Assembly: GCA_964632815.1 (NCBI GenBank)
Contig: CAZWCI010000002.1
Span: forward strand, 1 to 35,549
Source: an uncultured Lentimicrobiaceae bacterium
GTDB taxonomy: Bacteria > Bacteroidota > Bacteroidia > Bacteroidales > WCHB1-69
Direction of reading: 5' to 3'
Length of the DNA: 35,549 bases
Shown: positions 1-7,369 of the stretch, piece by piece
Layout: every line of letters begins with the position of its first letter
Position numbering within the stretch: position 1 is the stretch's first letter
Position numbers and translations under genes: made by a program
Notes under the pieces: model-generated
The model's database searches: none
Seen by the model: the letters and a program-made list of their open reading frames with translations, nothing else
What the model was told of the DNA's origin: nothing

Positions 1-669
1 GACGCGCTGATGCTGGACACTGTGCCCAGTTTCCGCAGTGCTGACGAATGTCCGAACCACTTCCTGGCAAGACCAATCACCGAGGAGCAAATACGAGTAA
101 AGGCTGAGGGCAAGAACCTCAAAGTGATTGGCTCCACCGACGGCTCACTGATCACCTCGAAGATGATAGTAAAACCCATAGTGAAGAACGGCTATGTAGA
201 AGCTGACACAATGCAGGATGTACTGAAACTGGTATGCTACAGTCGTCACTCGGTAGCAGAACCGGTGGTAGCATTCATCCATGGTTTCGGTCTTAAGAAC
301 GGCGCAATAGCGTCCACGATCGGTCATGACAGCCACAACATCATCGCTTTGGGCACCAACGATGCCGATATCGTTCGCGCGATCAATCATCTGGTAGAGA
401 CGAAAGGCGGCATGGTGATCTGCGCTGGGGACAGCCTGAAGGATATTCCGCTGCCTGTAGCCGGACTGATGTCGTTGGAGCGAGGCCAAGTGCTGGCAGA
501 GCAGCATATCGAGCTCAAGGCGATGGCGCATAACCTGGGGTGCACCTACAAGGCACCATTCATGACGCTTGCCTTCATGCCGTTGCCCGTCATTCCTGAA
601 CTGAAGATTACAGACCTCGGCCTCTTCGATGCCACCACGTTCCAGTTCACGAGTATCTGGGAGAAGTAA
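1..669 (+). CDS. ade: Adenine deaminase, C-terminal part (5' end lies outside the window)
   Basis: Frame 1 is open from nt 1. The translated tail HGFGLKNGAIASTIGHDSHNIIALGTNDAD...IPLPVAGLMS...PFMTLAFMPLPVIPELKITDLGLFD matches the conserved C-terminal half of Ade/AdeC enzymes as I remember them. The stop is TAA 667-669, followed by a strong hairpin terminator. GC is about 57-60% on sampled lines. Confidence 0.85.
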   Translation, partial: DALMLDTVPSFRSADECPNHFLARPITEEQIRVKAEGKNLKVIGSTDGSLITSKMIVKPIVKNGYVEADTMQDVLKLVCYSRHSVAEPVVAFIHGFGLKNGAIASTIGHDSHNIIALGTNDADIVRAINHLVETKGGMVICAGDSLKDIPLPVAGLMSLERGQVLAEQHIELKAMAHNLGCTYKAPFMTLAFMPLPVIPELKITDLGLFDATTFQFTSIWEK

Positions 670-703
670 AAAAAAAGGTTGCCAATCGGCAACCTTTTTT
701 TTT
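668..703. terminator. Rho-independent terminator with bidirectional design (A9, stem-loop, T9)
   Basis: There is a perfect 8-bp stem, aggttgcc (676-683) pairing with ggcaacct (688-695), and a 4-nt loop aatc. It is flanked by an A-run (668-676) and a T-run (695-703) and lies directly after the ade stop. Confidence 0.8.
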
Positions 704-876
704 ACTATTTCACTTCTACAATTTCATGACGCGTTTCATCTCCATGTTTTCGTAGCCCTCGGGCGCCGGCGGCGAAGCCGACATTCCAAAAAGAATATTC
801 ACTTGATCGATAAATTTGATTTTTAGATCATTTAAGATTTATAATCAAATAAATATTTTTATTGTTTAAAAAAAAT

Positions 877-884
877 TATTTTTG
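877..884 (+). promoter_or_regulatory. Candidate Bacteroidota -7 promoter box (TAnnTTTG) for the 933-2519 gene
   Basis: The exact sequence is TATTTTTG, 49 nt upstream of ATG 933. I saw no clean -33 TTTG. Confidence 0.4.
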
Positions 885-932
885 TAGCGAAAAAATGAGA
901 TAATTAATAACAATTTCAAAACAAATAAGAAG

Positions 933-2519
933 ATGAACAGAACTTTTGCAATACTAGTTTTATCAATTACTATTTTTGCTTCTTATAGTGCAAAAAGTCA
1001 GTACAAGACAAATTCCATAAATTTGGATAGTGGTTTTTCTCTTATTCGGGACACAATTTCAATAAGTGTTCATGGTAAAATGACACACGCGCTTGAATTC
1101 AATGACAAATATTACGTGCTTTTTGAAAAACCACTAATAAAATATGGTGGTTACGAGAAAAGATATCTTTATATTTTTTCAAATAATCAATTAGAAAGAG
1201 TGGTTGATCTGCTTGATGAAATGATAAAAGTTACTTATTTGGATTTTTATGTCCAAAACGACAACATTATTTTTAAGCCATACATGAATAGACAGAGTTA
1301 TAGTTTTGATACTAAAAATTATATTTGGGAAAAGATTTTCAAAACCGATGACTTAATATTCGAAGATGCAGACTATTATATTTGCTCTTTGGATTTTGGC
1401 GAATGGGGTGGCAAAACGTGGTTTATTCACAAGAAAACAGGCAATCAATATGTGTTAGAATGCACAACCCCATTGATTAATAAAGTTGATAATACTTATT
1501 ATTTGACTAAAGCATTTGAAATCCTAAAAATTAAAAATCCAATGGAATTGACAAAATGTTCAAGTGATGTTACTTATGAAAACATAGAAAAAACGGGCTT
1601 GTGTTACTCTTGGTATAGTCAACCAAAAGGGTACGAAGTGGTTTATAAAAATGAAGATGTGAATTATTTTGATTATTTTACATATTATCCCAAGATTGTC
1701 AGTTCTTTTGTTTTAAACAATGAACTTCTACATGTTTATGAGACTGACACAGCAACCTATTTGGCACGAATAGTAAACAATAAAATAGAACCATTTGAAA
1801 AGATTCTGGACGATGCCCGTTTTTTTAATGGGCACCTTTCCTATCGTTGTAAAAACATAAATGGTACGAATAAATTGCTTACTTTCGAGACAAAAAATGA
1901 CCAAGTGTTTGGACTGACAACAATTAAGGGAAATAAAATTCATGTAACTTATTTCGTAAACAACACTGAATTAAAACCCCGATTATTAGGAACAGAAAAG
2001 TCAGACGAAATTTTTGAACATAGACTTGAATCAATCCTTGCTGATTTTAAAAAGTTAACCCTTACAGCGATGGAATCAAAGGAAAAGGAATGGGGAACTT
2101 TTGACATTACCCCAAATCACACAATGGGCATTTGGGAAAAATGGAATCCTAATGAATATGATATTGACTTAATCAAAGCTTACCTAGTAGTAGAAGATTC
2201 AATTATTTCAAATTCAATTATATATTTTGCCAATAAAAATAATGATTTGGTCAGAGCTGTAACAATTGATTGGGAAGAAACAGATATATTGACTCCTAAA
2301 TTTGATATAGATAAGTCCGTAAATGATGTTTTTTTGAGAAGATTTAATGAACTTGTATCAATTCTAACCAATAAATTAGGCAAATCAAATCCGGCAAATG
2401 AAGAAACCCAAAATCCATCATTTTCTTGGACAATAGAAAACAATATAAATATTATAATTGAACTTTTTTCACGGGAAGACTATAACAAAATATTCCTGGT
2501 AATTTATGAGGAAAAATAA
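933..2519 (+). CDS. Hypothetical secreted protein, 528 aa, no recognisable family
   Basis: It runs from ATG 933 to TAA 2519. The signal peptide is MNRTFAILVLSITIFASYSAKSQ. The composition is rich in Asn, Tyr, Lys and Ile, and I recognise no catalytic or domain motif. GC is only about 27-30% on sampled lines. A -7 box lies upstream and a hairpin with T-run lies downstream. Confidence 0.7.
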   Translation: MNRTFAILVLSITIFASYSAKSQYKTNSINLDSGFSLIRDTISISVHGKMTHALEFNDKYYVLFEKPLIKYGGYEKRYLYIFSNNQLERVVDLLDEMIKVTYLDFYVQNDNIIFKPYMNRQSYSFDTKNYIWEKIFKTDDLIFEDADYYICSLDFGEWGGKTWFIHKKTGNQYVLECTTPLINKVDNTYYLTKAFEILKIKNPMELTKCSSDVTYENIEKTGLCYSWYSQPKGYEVVYKNEDVNYFDYFTYYPKIVSSFVLNNELLHVYETDTATYLARIVNNKIEPFEKILDDARFFNGHLSYRCKNINGTNKLLTFETKNDQVFGLTTIKGNKIHVTYFVNNTELKPRLLGTEKSDEIFEHRLESILADFKKLTLTAMESKEKEWGTFDITPNHTMGIWEKWNPNEYDIDLIKAYLVVEDSIISNSIIYFANKNNDLVRAVTIDWEETDILTPKFDIDKSVNDVFLRRFNELVSILTNKLGKSNPANEETQNPSFSWTIENNINIIIELFSREDYNKIFLVIYEEK

Positions 2520-2558
2520 AGATTGCCGCACGCCCAAATAAATATTCATAAAAAAAAA

Positions 2559-2593
2559 CACCTACTTAATGAATAGTAAGTGCTTGATTTTTT
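2559..2593. terminator. Possible bidirectional terminator between the 528-aa gene and tRNA-Lys
   Basis: The imperfect hairpin is cacCtact...agtaAgtg (one mismatch, about 7-nt loop). It is preceded by A9 (2551-2558) and followed after 5 nt by T6 (2588-2593). It sits between the convergent 3' ends of the CDS and the tRNA. Confidence 0.35.
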
Positions 2594-2594
2594 G

Positions 2595-2667
2595 TGTCCT
2601 CGCAGGGACTCGAACCCTGGACCCATTGATTAAGAGTCAATTGCTCTACCAACTGAGCTACGAAGAC
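2595..2667 (-). tRNA. tRNA-Lys (anticodon CTT)
   Basis: The reverse complement folds as a cloverleaf. The acceptor stem is GTCTTCG/CGAGGAC. The D arm is GCTC-AGTTGGTA-GAGC. The anticodon arm is ATTGA-CTCTTAA-TCAAT, so the anticodon is CTT. The variable loop is GGGTC, the T arm is CAGGG-TTCGAGT-CCCTG and the discriminator is A. The length is 73 nt and CCA is not encoded. Confidence 0.93.
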
Positions 2668-2678
2668 TTTTGAGGCGG

Positions 2679-2686
2679 CAAAAATA
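2679..2686 (-). promoter_or_regulatory. Candidate -7 box (TATTTTTG on the minus strand) for tRNA-Lys
   Basis: The plus strand reads CAAAAATA, which is TATTTTTG on the minus strand. It ends 12 nt upstream of the mature tRNA 5' end at 2667, consistent with a very short leader. Confidence 0.45.
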
Positions 2687-2770
2687 CAAAAAATATGTAA
2701 ACTTTTCCGCTTTTACTTTCGGAATTTTGCATTTTTTTTAAGAGAACAACCGAATGCAAGGAAAATTTCT

Positions 2771-3454
2771 TTATTCGTGGGGAGTCGGTGAATCGGTTTG
2801 TAAGTCCGATGCTTGTGCTTTAAGGAATGGAACGTAAGGCAACAAACTGTGATAAATCATCTCCTCTACGCCTCTGCTGGTAATAGTTCCGCCGGTGATG
2901 GCATCCACTCCGTGCTTCGGAGCAACCCGACTATTGAGCACGCCTCCTTTGACCACTTTGATGGAGACAAAATTGCCCTCCTCATCGAAAAGAAGTTTTC
3001 CACGGAAGGCGAAAGAGAAGTTTGATGTTGCAATTTGGGCTCCGAGTCCGGGAGTTTCAGATTTATGAGCAAAGACCGCTCCCACAAGAGTTTTCCCGTC
3101 ATCGGCCACTGCAATATAGCCCCAAATCGGTCCCCACAAGCCTTTACCGGAAAGAGGAATCACAAAAGAAGTTTCTTTTTGAGGAGTTTTCACGATGTAG
3201 TAAAGCAACGAGGAATTATTGTCCTCCGACGACAAGGTATCAGCGTTGGCCACTTGTGAAAACAGGTCTGCCACATCCACAGATTCGTCCAACTCGTAAC
3301 CAGCTGCTCGCAAAACCTGTTTTTTTTCTTCATTATCGCGATTTTCCTTTTGAAAAGGTTGCAACCATAAAGAAGCCATTCCAAGAAGCAACGCAACCAA
3401 AATCACAAAGATAGAGATATAGAGAAATATATACCGATTGCTAAATTTTTTCAT
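2771..3454 (-). CDS. nqrC: Na+-translocating NADH:quinone oxidoreductase subunit C (FMN-binding)
   Basis: It has an N-terminal TM helix. The motifs GKGLWGPIWGYIAVADDGKTLVGAVFAHKSETPGLGAQI and KVVKGG...HGVDAITGGTITSRGV align with the NqrC core and its covalent-FMN threonine motif (S/GGT-x-TS). The length of 227 aa is typical. GC is about 50%. Confidence 0.88.
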   Translation of the reverse strand: MKKFSNRYIFLYISIFVILVALLLGMASLWLQPFQKENRDNEEKKQVLRAAGYELDESVDVADLFSQVANADTLSSEDNNSSLLYYIVKTPQKETSFVIPLSGKGLWGPIWGYIAVADDGKTLVGAVFAHKSETPGLGAQIATSNFSFAFRGKLLFDEEGNFVSIKVVKGGVLNSRVAPKHGVDAITGGTITSRGVEEMIYHSLLPYVPFLKAQASDLQTDSPTPHE

Positions 3455-3478
3455 AGTGGGTTTCTTTCATTGTGGGCA

Positions 3479-3516
3479 CAAATTTACAAATTTCTTGAAA
3501 TTCAGGTGCAAAAATA
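3479..3516 (-). promoter_or_regulatory. Two candidate -7 boxes upstream of nqrC
   Basis: The plus strand reads CAAATTTA (3479-3486, which is TAAATTTG on the minus strand) and CAAAAATA (3509-3516, which is TATTTTTG). They lie 25 and 55 nt upstream of ATG 3454, inside the 111-nt gap after the 445-aa gene. Confidence 0.4.
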
Positions 3517-3565
3517 GGTTATTTATTCATAACGGGATTACTTATTTTTGATTTTCCGGAGCAAT

Positions 3566-4903
3566 TTATCGGGAATTGGCACGGGCAAACTGTTCATATT
3601 GAGGCAATCCTGACTTATAGACAAGCCAATAGGCATTGTAGAGCAACATATAATCGAGCATATTGAACTCTCCTTCGCTGCGGAGTTGCCAAGGACAAAA
3701 GAGTGACAGACTATGCCACGGAGGTTGAGAATTGAAGGTTGTATCTTTCTGAGGGTAGCGGAAAGCACCATCGCGAGGGGCCGTGCTGAGATAGAATTCA
3801 TAAGCAGTAGCAGGAAGGGGTTGATTCCCATCATAGCCGTAGAGAATAACATTTACTAACGGCAAATGGGGAAATATCAATGTTTGCTGTAAGTCGGGGC
3901 GTTTCTTGACGATTCGGTCGGAGGTATGCACCAGCCAATCGTAGCAATTCTTTCTACCGCCACCAACCTCATTAAGAACCGCAGATATAGACATCACTCC
4001 GTACCAATTAAAGTGGCCGTACTTGTCAATGAGAAAATTATTTTGAAGCAGTTTCCACATATTTTTCCAAAAGCGGCTTTGGGCATTACCGAAAGTCATC
4101 TCTTGTCCCGTAAGATAAGTCCCCATTGTGGCATGCGCATAACGAAGCCATTGGATATCCTCTTTTTTCTGAATCTCAGCACCGGTTATAGGATTCACGA
4201 CTTCCCAAGTTTCTTTTTTATCTTGCATATGCTGCATCACAGTAACTAAAGCAAGTGCCGTTTCTCGTGAAAGTCGGAGAATAGTTGTATCGCCCACCAA
4301 TTTATTGACGAGCGCGAGTCCGATATAACAAGCCCACGCCTGGTCTTGAGACGGAGCATTTCCTTTGGTCTCTATTTTGCCGCAAAAACGCACATAATCG
4401 CTACTGATAATTTCGGCAGAATATTCTTTGTTCATATTTGCGGAGACATCGTCACGGAGATAAAACCCGTTGGGTTTGGGTACAGTAGTTGTATCCCCCC
4501 AGCAGTATTCCGCATTCATGTCCAGCCGTTTGAAGGTCATCAAGGCCGAGTAGAGACGACGGATGGTCGTTGAAGTATCTTGACCGGTTAGTTTGAATCG
4601 TTCATATTCCAAGGCCAGCACAGCCACATAATGTCCGAGCCACCAAACACCGTCAGCCCAATAGACCACCGTTTTTCCGTCCGTACGATATTTTCTGTAT
4701 TCAATAGGCAGAAAAGAACCTTGTGTCATGGGATCTGCGGCTTCGTAGATAAAATAGTGATAAAACCGAGACTGATAATCCTGATAAGTACGCAAAAAAG
4801 TCTCTTCCGATTGAGCGGAGAGCCGCAAAGAAGAGAGAAAGAACAATAGGAACATTCCTGCGATTAGAAAGGGGTGTCGATGTAAGATTCTTTTTCTGTT
4901 CAT
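3566..4903 (-). CDS. Hypothetical secreted protein, 445 aa, Trp/Tyr-rich and probably helical-repeat
   Basis: It starts at ATG 4903. The signal peptide is FLIAGMFLLFFLSSLRLSAQS. I recognise no catalytic motif. There are repeated aromatic-rich helix-like segments (YWADGVWWLGHYVAVLALEY, QAWACYIGLALVNKLVG, QWLRYAHATMGTYLTG). GC is about 50% on sampled lines. The start lies 9 nt after the nqrF stop. Confidence 0.75.
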   Translation of the reverse strand: MNRKRILHRHPFLIAGMFLLFFLSSLRLSAQSEETFLRTYQDYQSRFYHYFIYEAADPMTQGSFLPIEYRKYRTDGKTVVYWADGVWWLGHYVAVLALEYERFKLTGQDTSTTIRRLYSALMTFKRLDMNAEYCWGDTTTVPKPNGFYLRDDVSANMNKEYSAEIISSDYVRFCGKIETKGNAPSQDQAWACYIGLALVNKLVGDTTILRLSRETALALVTVMQHMQDKKETWEVVNPITGAEIQKKEDIQWLRYAHATMGTYLTGQEMTFGNAQSRFWKNMWKLLQNNFLIDKYGHFNWYGVMSISAVLNEVGGGRKNCYDWLVHTSDRIVKKRPDLQQTLIFPHLPLVNVILYGYDGNQPLPATAYEFYLSTAPRDGAFRYPQKDTTFNSQPPWHSLSLFCPWQLRSEGEFNMLDYMLLYNAYWLVYKSGLPQYEQFARANSR

Positions 4904-4912
4904 TTCTTGCTG

Positions 4913-6154
4913 TCAACTGCCAAAGTCATCGAATAGAATCATATTTTCGGGAACACCGAGGCGGTCGAGCATTGTTCTGACTGCTTGCAACATGAGAGGC
5001 GGACCGCAGATATAGTATTCGATCTCTTCCGGGGCGGGGTAATTTTTAAGATATTGTTCAAAAATCACTTGATGGATAAAGCCGGTATTTCCATTCCATT
5101 GGTCTTCAGGTTTCGGTTCAGAGAGAGCCACATGAAAAGAGAAGTTCTCAACATCATGGTCAAGAGTTTCAAATTCCTCCCGATAGAAGAGTTCACGAAG
5201 GGAACGTCCTCCGTACCAAAAGGTTGTTTTTCCTTGAAAGTGAAGTGTTTTAAAAAGGTGAAAAATATGAGATCTGAGAGGGGCCATGCCGGCGCCACCA
5301 CCAATAAACATCTTTTCATTGTCGGTATCGCGGAGAAAGAAGTCTCCATACGGACCGGAAAGTGTCACTTTATCGCCCGGATTCAAGGCAAATATATAAG
5401 AAGAAACTATTCCCGGGTTCACGCTTTTAAACTTCTGTTTTTTAAGATTAAAAGGAGGCAGCGCAATTCGAACATTCAGAACAAGGTTATCGTTATCGGC
5501 AGGAGGATTAGCTAGTGAGTATGCTCTCGTAGTGGGCTCCGAATTTTTCATTACTTGATCAAAAATCCCGAGTTCTTGCCACTCTTGGTGGAATTGCTCT
5601 TCTATCTGGAAGTTTTTAAAATCGATTTTTGTTTTGGGAACATCAATTTGAATATAACTACCGGAGCGAAAATTCAGTTTTTCATTATCAGGCAGTCTCA
5701 GCACCAACTCTTTGATATAAGTAGCCACATTTTTATTATGTACTACTTCGCACTCCCACTTTTTCACCCCGAGAATTTCGGGAGGGAGTTCCACCTCCAT
5801 TTCATTTTTCACTTTCACTTGGCAGAATAGGCGATAGTGTTCTTTTTCCAATTTATGGTCAATATGTGCTTTTTCCGTGGGCAGAATATCGCCACCGCCG
5901 GAGAGGATAATTCCCTTACACGTACCGCAAGTGCCACCACCGCCGCATGCGGAAGGGACATAAATTTTTTGATCAGAGAGGGATTGCAACAACGTTGTTC
6001 CATAATCAGCGTCACAGGATTTTTCTTTATTAACATGCACCTTTACTTTTTTCTCCGGCACCAATTTCTTACGAGCATAAAGGAGCACTGCCACCAAAAT
6101 CCAGATAACAGCCAAAAAGACGATAATAGCAATAAGAATAGTTAGTAGATTCAT
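4913..6154 (-). CDS. nqrF: Na+-translocating NADH:quinone oxidoreductase subunit F
   Basis: From ATG 6154 (MNLLTILIAIIVFLAV...) it has a TM anchor, the 2Fe-2S ferredoxin motif SACGGGGTCGTCK, the LFCQV and GVKKWECEVV segments, then FAD/NAD-binding motifs (RAYSLAN, GGGAGMAP). It is collinear with V. cholerae NqrF. The longer ORF-track start at 6313 overlaps nqrE and was rejected. Confidence 0.9.
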   Translation of the reverse strand: MNLLTILIAIIVFLAVIWILVAVLLYARKKLVPEKKVKVHVNKEKSCDADYGTTLLQSLSDQKIYVPSACGGGGTCGTCKGIILSGGGDILPTEKAHIDHKLEKEHYRLFCQVKVKNEMEVELPPEILGVKKWECEVVHNKNVATYIKELVLRLPDNEKLNFRSGSYIQIDVPKTKIDFKNFQIEEQFHQEWQELGIFDQVMKNSEPTTRAYSLANPPADNDNLVLNVRIALPPFNLKKQKFKSVNPGIVSSYIFALNPGDKVTLSGPYGDFFLRDTDNEKMFIGGGAGMAPLRSHIFHLFKTLHFQGKTTFWYGGRSLRELFYREEFETLDHDVENFSFHVALSEPKPEDQWNGNTGFIHQVIFEQYLKNYPAPEEIEYYICGPPLMLQAVRTMLDRLGVPENMILFDDFGS

Positions 6155-6168
6155 GAATAAGATAATTA

Positions 6169-6780
6169 TTACATACCCAAAAAAGACATAAAGCCGATTC
6201 CCATCAATCCGGTAATGATATAGGCAATTCCAAGTCCTTCCAAGGGCTTGGGAACTTCTGAAAAGCGTAGTCGTTCGCGAATAGCAGCGAAGGCAACAAT
6301 CGCCAACAGCCAACCCACACCGGAACCGGCAGCATAGACAAAACTATTACCGACCGACGGGAAGTTCTTTTCTTGCATAAATAGTGAGGCACCGAGAATA
6401 GCACAATTAACGGCAATGAGTGGTAAAAAGATACCCAATGAATTATAAAGTGGCGTTGAATATCGCTCAATAAACATCTCAAGTAGTTGCACAATAGCAG
6501 CAATAACTGCAATAAAAACAATCAGCGAAATAAAAGAGAGGTTTATGAAGGAAAAAGATTCTGAAATCCAGCCCAAAGCACCCTCGGCCAAAAGAAACTT
6601 ATTCAGGAGATAATTGACGGGAACCGTAATAATTAACACAAAACAGACGGCCATCCCCAATCCGAAAGCAGTTTTCACATTCTTGGAAACGGCAAGGTAA
6701 GAGCACATCCCCAAGAAGTAGGCGAAGATCATATTGTCGATAAAGACCGACCGTATAAAGATTGAAAAGAGAGATTCCAT
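6169..6780 (-). CDS. nqrE: Na+-translocating NADH:quinone oxidoreductase subunit E
   Basis: From ATG 6780 the segments MESLFSIFIRSVFIDNMIFAYFLGMCSYLAVSKNVKTAFGLG...LGIFLPLIAVNCAILG...GSGVGWLLAIVAFAAIRERL closely parallel V. cholerae NqrE and fit it better than RnfA. The ORF-track start at 6786 is a TTG two codons upstream. Confidence 0.9.
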   Translation of the reverse strand: MESLFSIFIRSVFIDNMIFAYFLGMCSYLAVSKNVKTAFGLGMAVCFVLIITVPVNYLLNKFLLAEGALGWISESFSFINLSFISLIVFIAVIAAIVQLLEMFIERYSTPLYNSLGIFLPLIAVNCAILGASLFMQEKNFPSVGNSFVYAAGSGVGWLLAIVAFAAIRERLRFSEVPKPLEGLGIAYIITGLMGIGFMSFLGM

Positions 6781-6806
6781 CGTCAAATCAGATTAAAGAA
6801 CCACTA

Positions 6807-7328
6807 TTAGAATACCTTTTCGATTTCCATTTTCAGCACACTCATAGCTTCTTCAATCGAAGACTTGCCGGCAATTTGTTCTAAAATTGCGGTAGCCAGG
6901 TCTGTCGCCGTATTTTCAGCCGACAACTTTCCTGCACAGAGATTGATAATCTTAATGGTCTCCTCTTTCGCCATTTTAATATGATTCCAGACATTTGCCG
7001 AGAGATATACTTGTTGTGACAAGTTGTGGTCAAATTCACTTCTGATGGAAGCGACCAGCAATACCTGAAATTGGTAGGCGGTGAGTTGGGGATTATTTAA
7101 TCTGAGAATGAGTTGGTTGGGATCCATTCTTTCCAAAAACATAGCCATACGTTCGTAGGCCTGAAGGCGAACCGGCGTAATGACCGATTTGGCGTTATAG
7201 CGCAATTCCAACAATTTCTTTTTTTGATCATTTTCAATAAAAAATTTAATGGAAAAGAAAGCTGTGAGGAAAACCACCAACGAAGGCAGTAATATTTTTA
7301 CAATTTCAAGTAAAATTTGCATAATCAT
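6807..7328 (-). CDS. Hypothetical membrane-anchored protein, 173 aa
   Basis: There is one N-terminal TM helix (ILLPSLVVFLTAFFSIKFFI) followed by a helical soluble part. I recognise no motif. It is packed between the GS-like gene (41-nt gap) and nqrE (26 nt to ATG 6780). Confidence 0.7.
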   Translation of the reverse strand: MIMQILLEIVKILLPSLVVFLTAFFSIKFFIENDQKKKLLELRYNAKSVITPVRLQAYERMAMFLERMDPNQLILRLNNPQLTAYQFQVLLVASIRSEFDHNLSQQVYLSANVWNHIKMAKEETIKIINLCAGKLSAENTATDLATAILEQIAGKSSIEEAMSVLKMEIEKVF

Positions 7329-7369
7329 ATTTTATAAGAGTTAATTAAAAAGCAGATAGCTAAATTGGC

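Noticed and set aside
145-531. A 128-aa minus-strand ORF inside the adenine deaminase gene.
   Set aside because: It is antisense to a well-supported CDS in a GC-rich stretch, where long spurious ORFs are expected. It has no recognisable motif.
629-826. A 65-aa plus-strand ORF spanning the ade 3' end and the intergenic region.
   Set aside because: It overlaps the ade reading frame and runs straight through the hairpin terminator. Its sequence is low-complexity and Arg/Ser-rich.
2813-3414. Several 68-130-aa ORFs on both strands overlapping nqrC (2813-3025, 2866-3114, 3022-3414, 3035-3259, 3190-3396).
   Set aside because: All are nested in or antisense to the strongly supported nqrC frame and have no motifs.
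6155-6313. The N-terminal 53-codon extension of the nqrF ORF (MAVGDCCLRC...).
   Set aside because: It overlaps the 3' end of nqrE in another frame. NqrF homologs begin with the TM helix that starts at ATG 6154.
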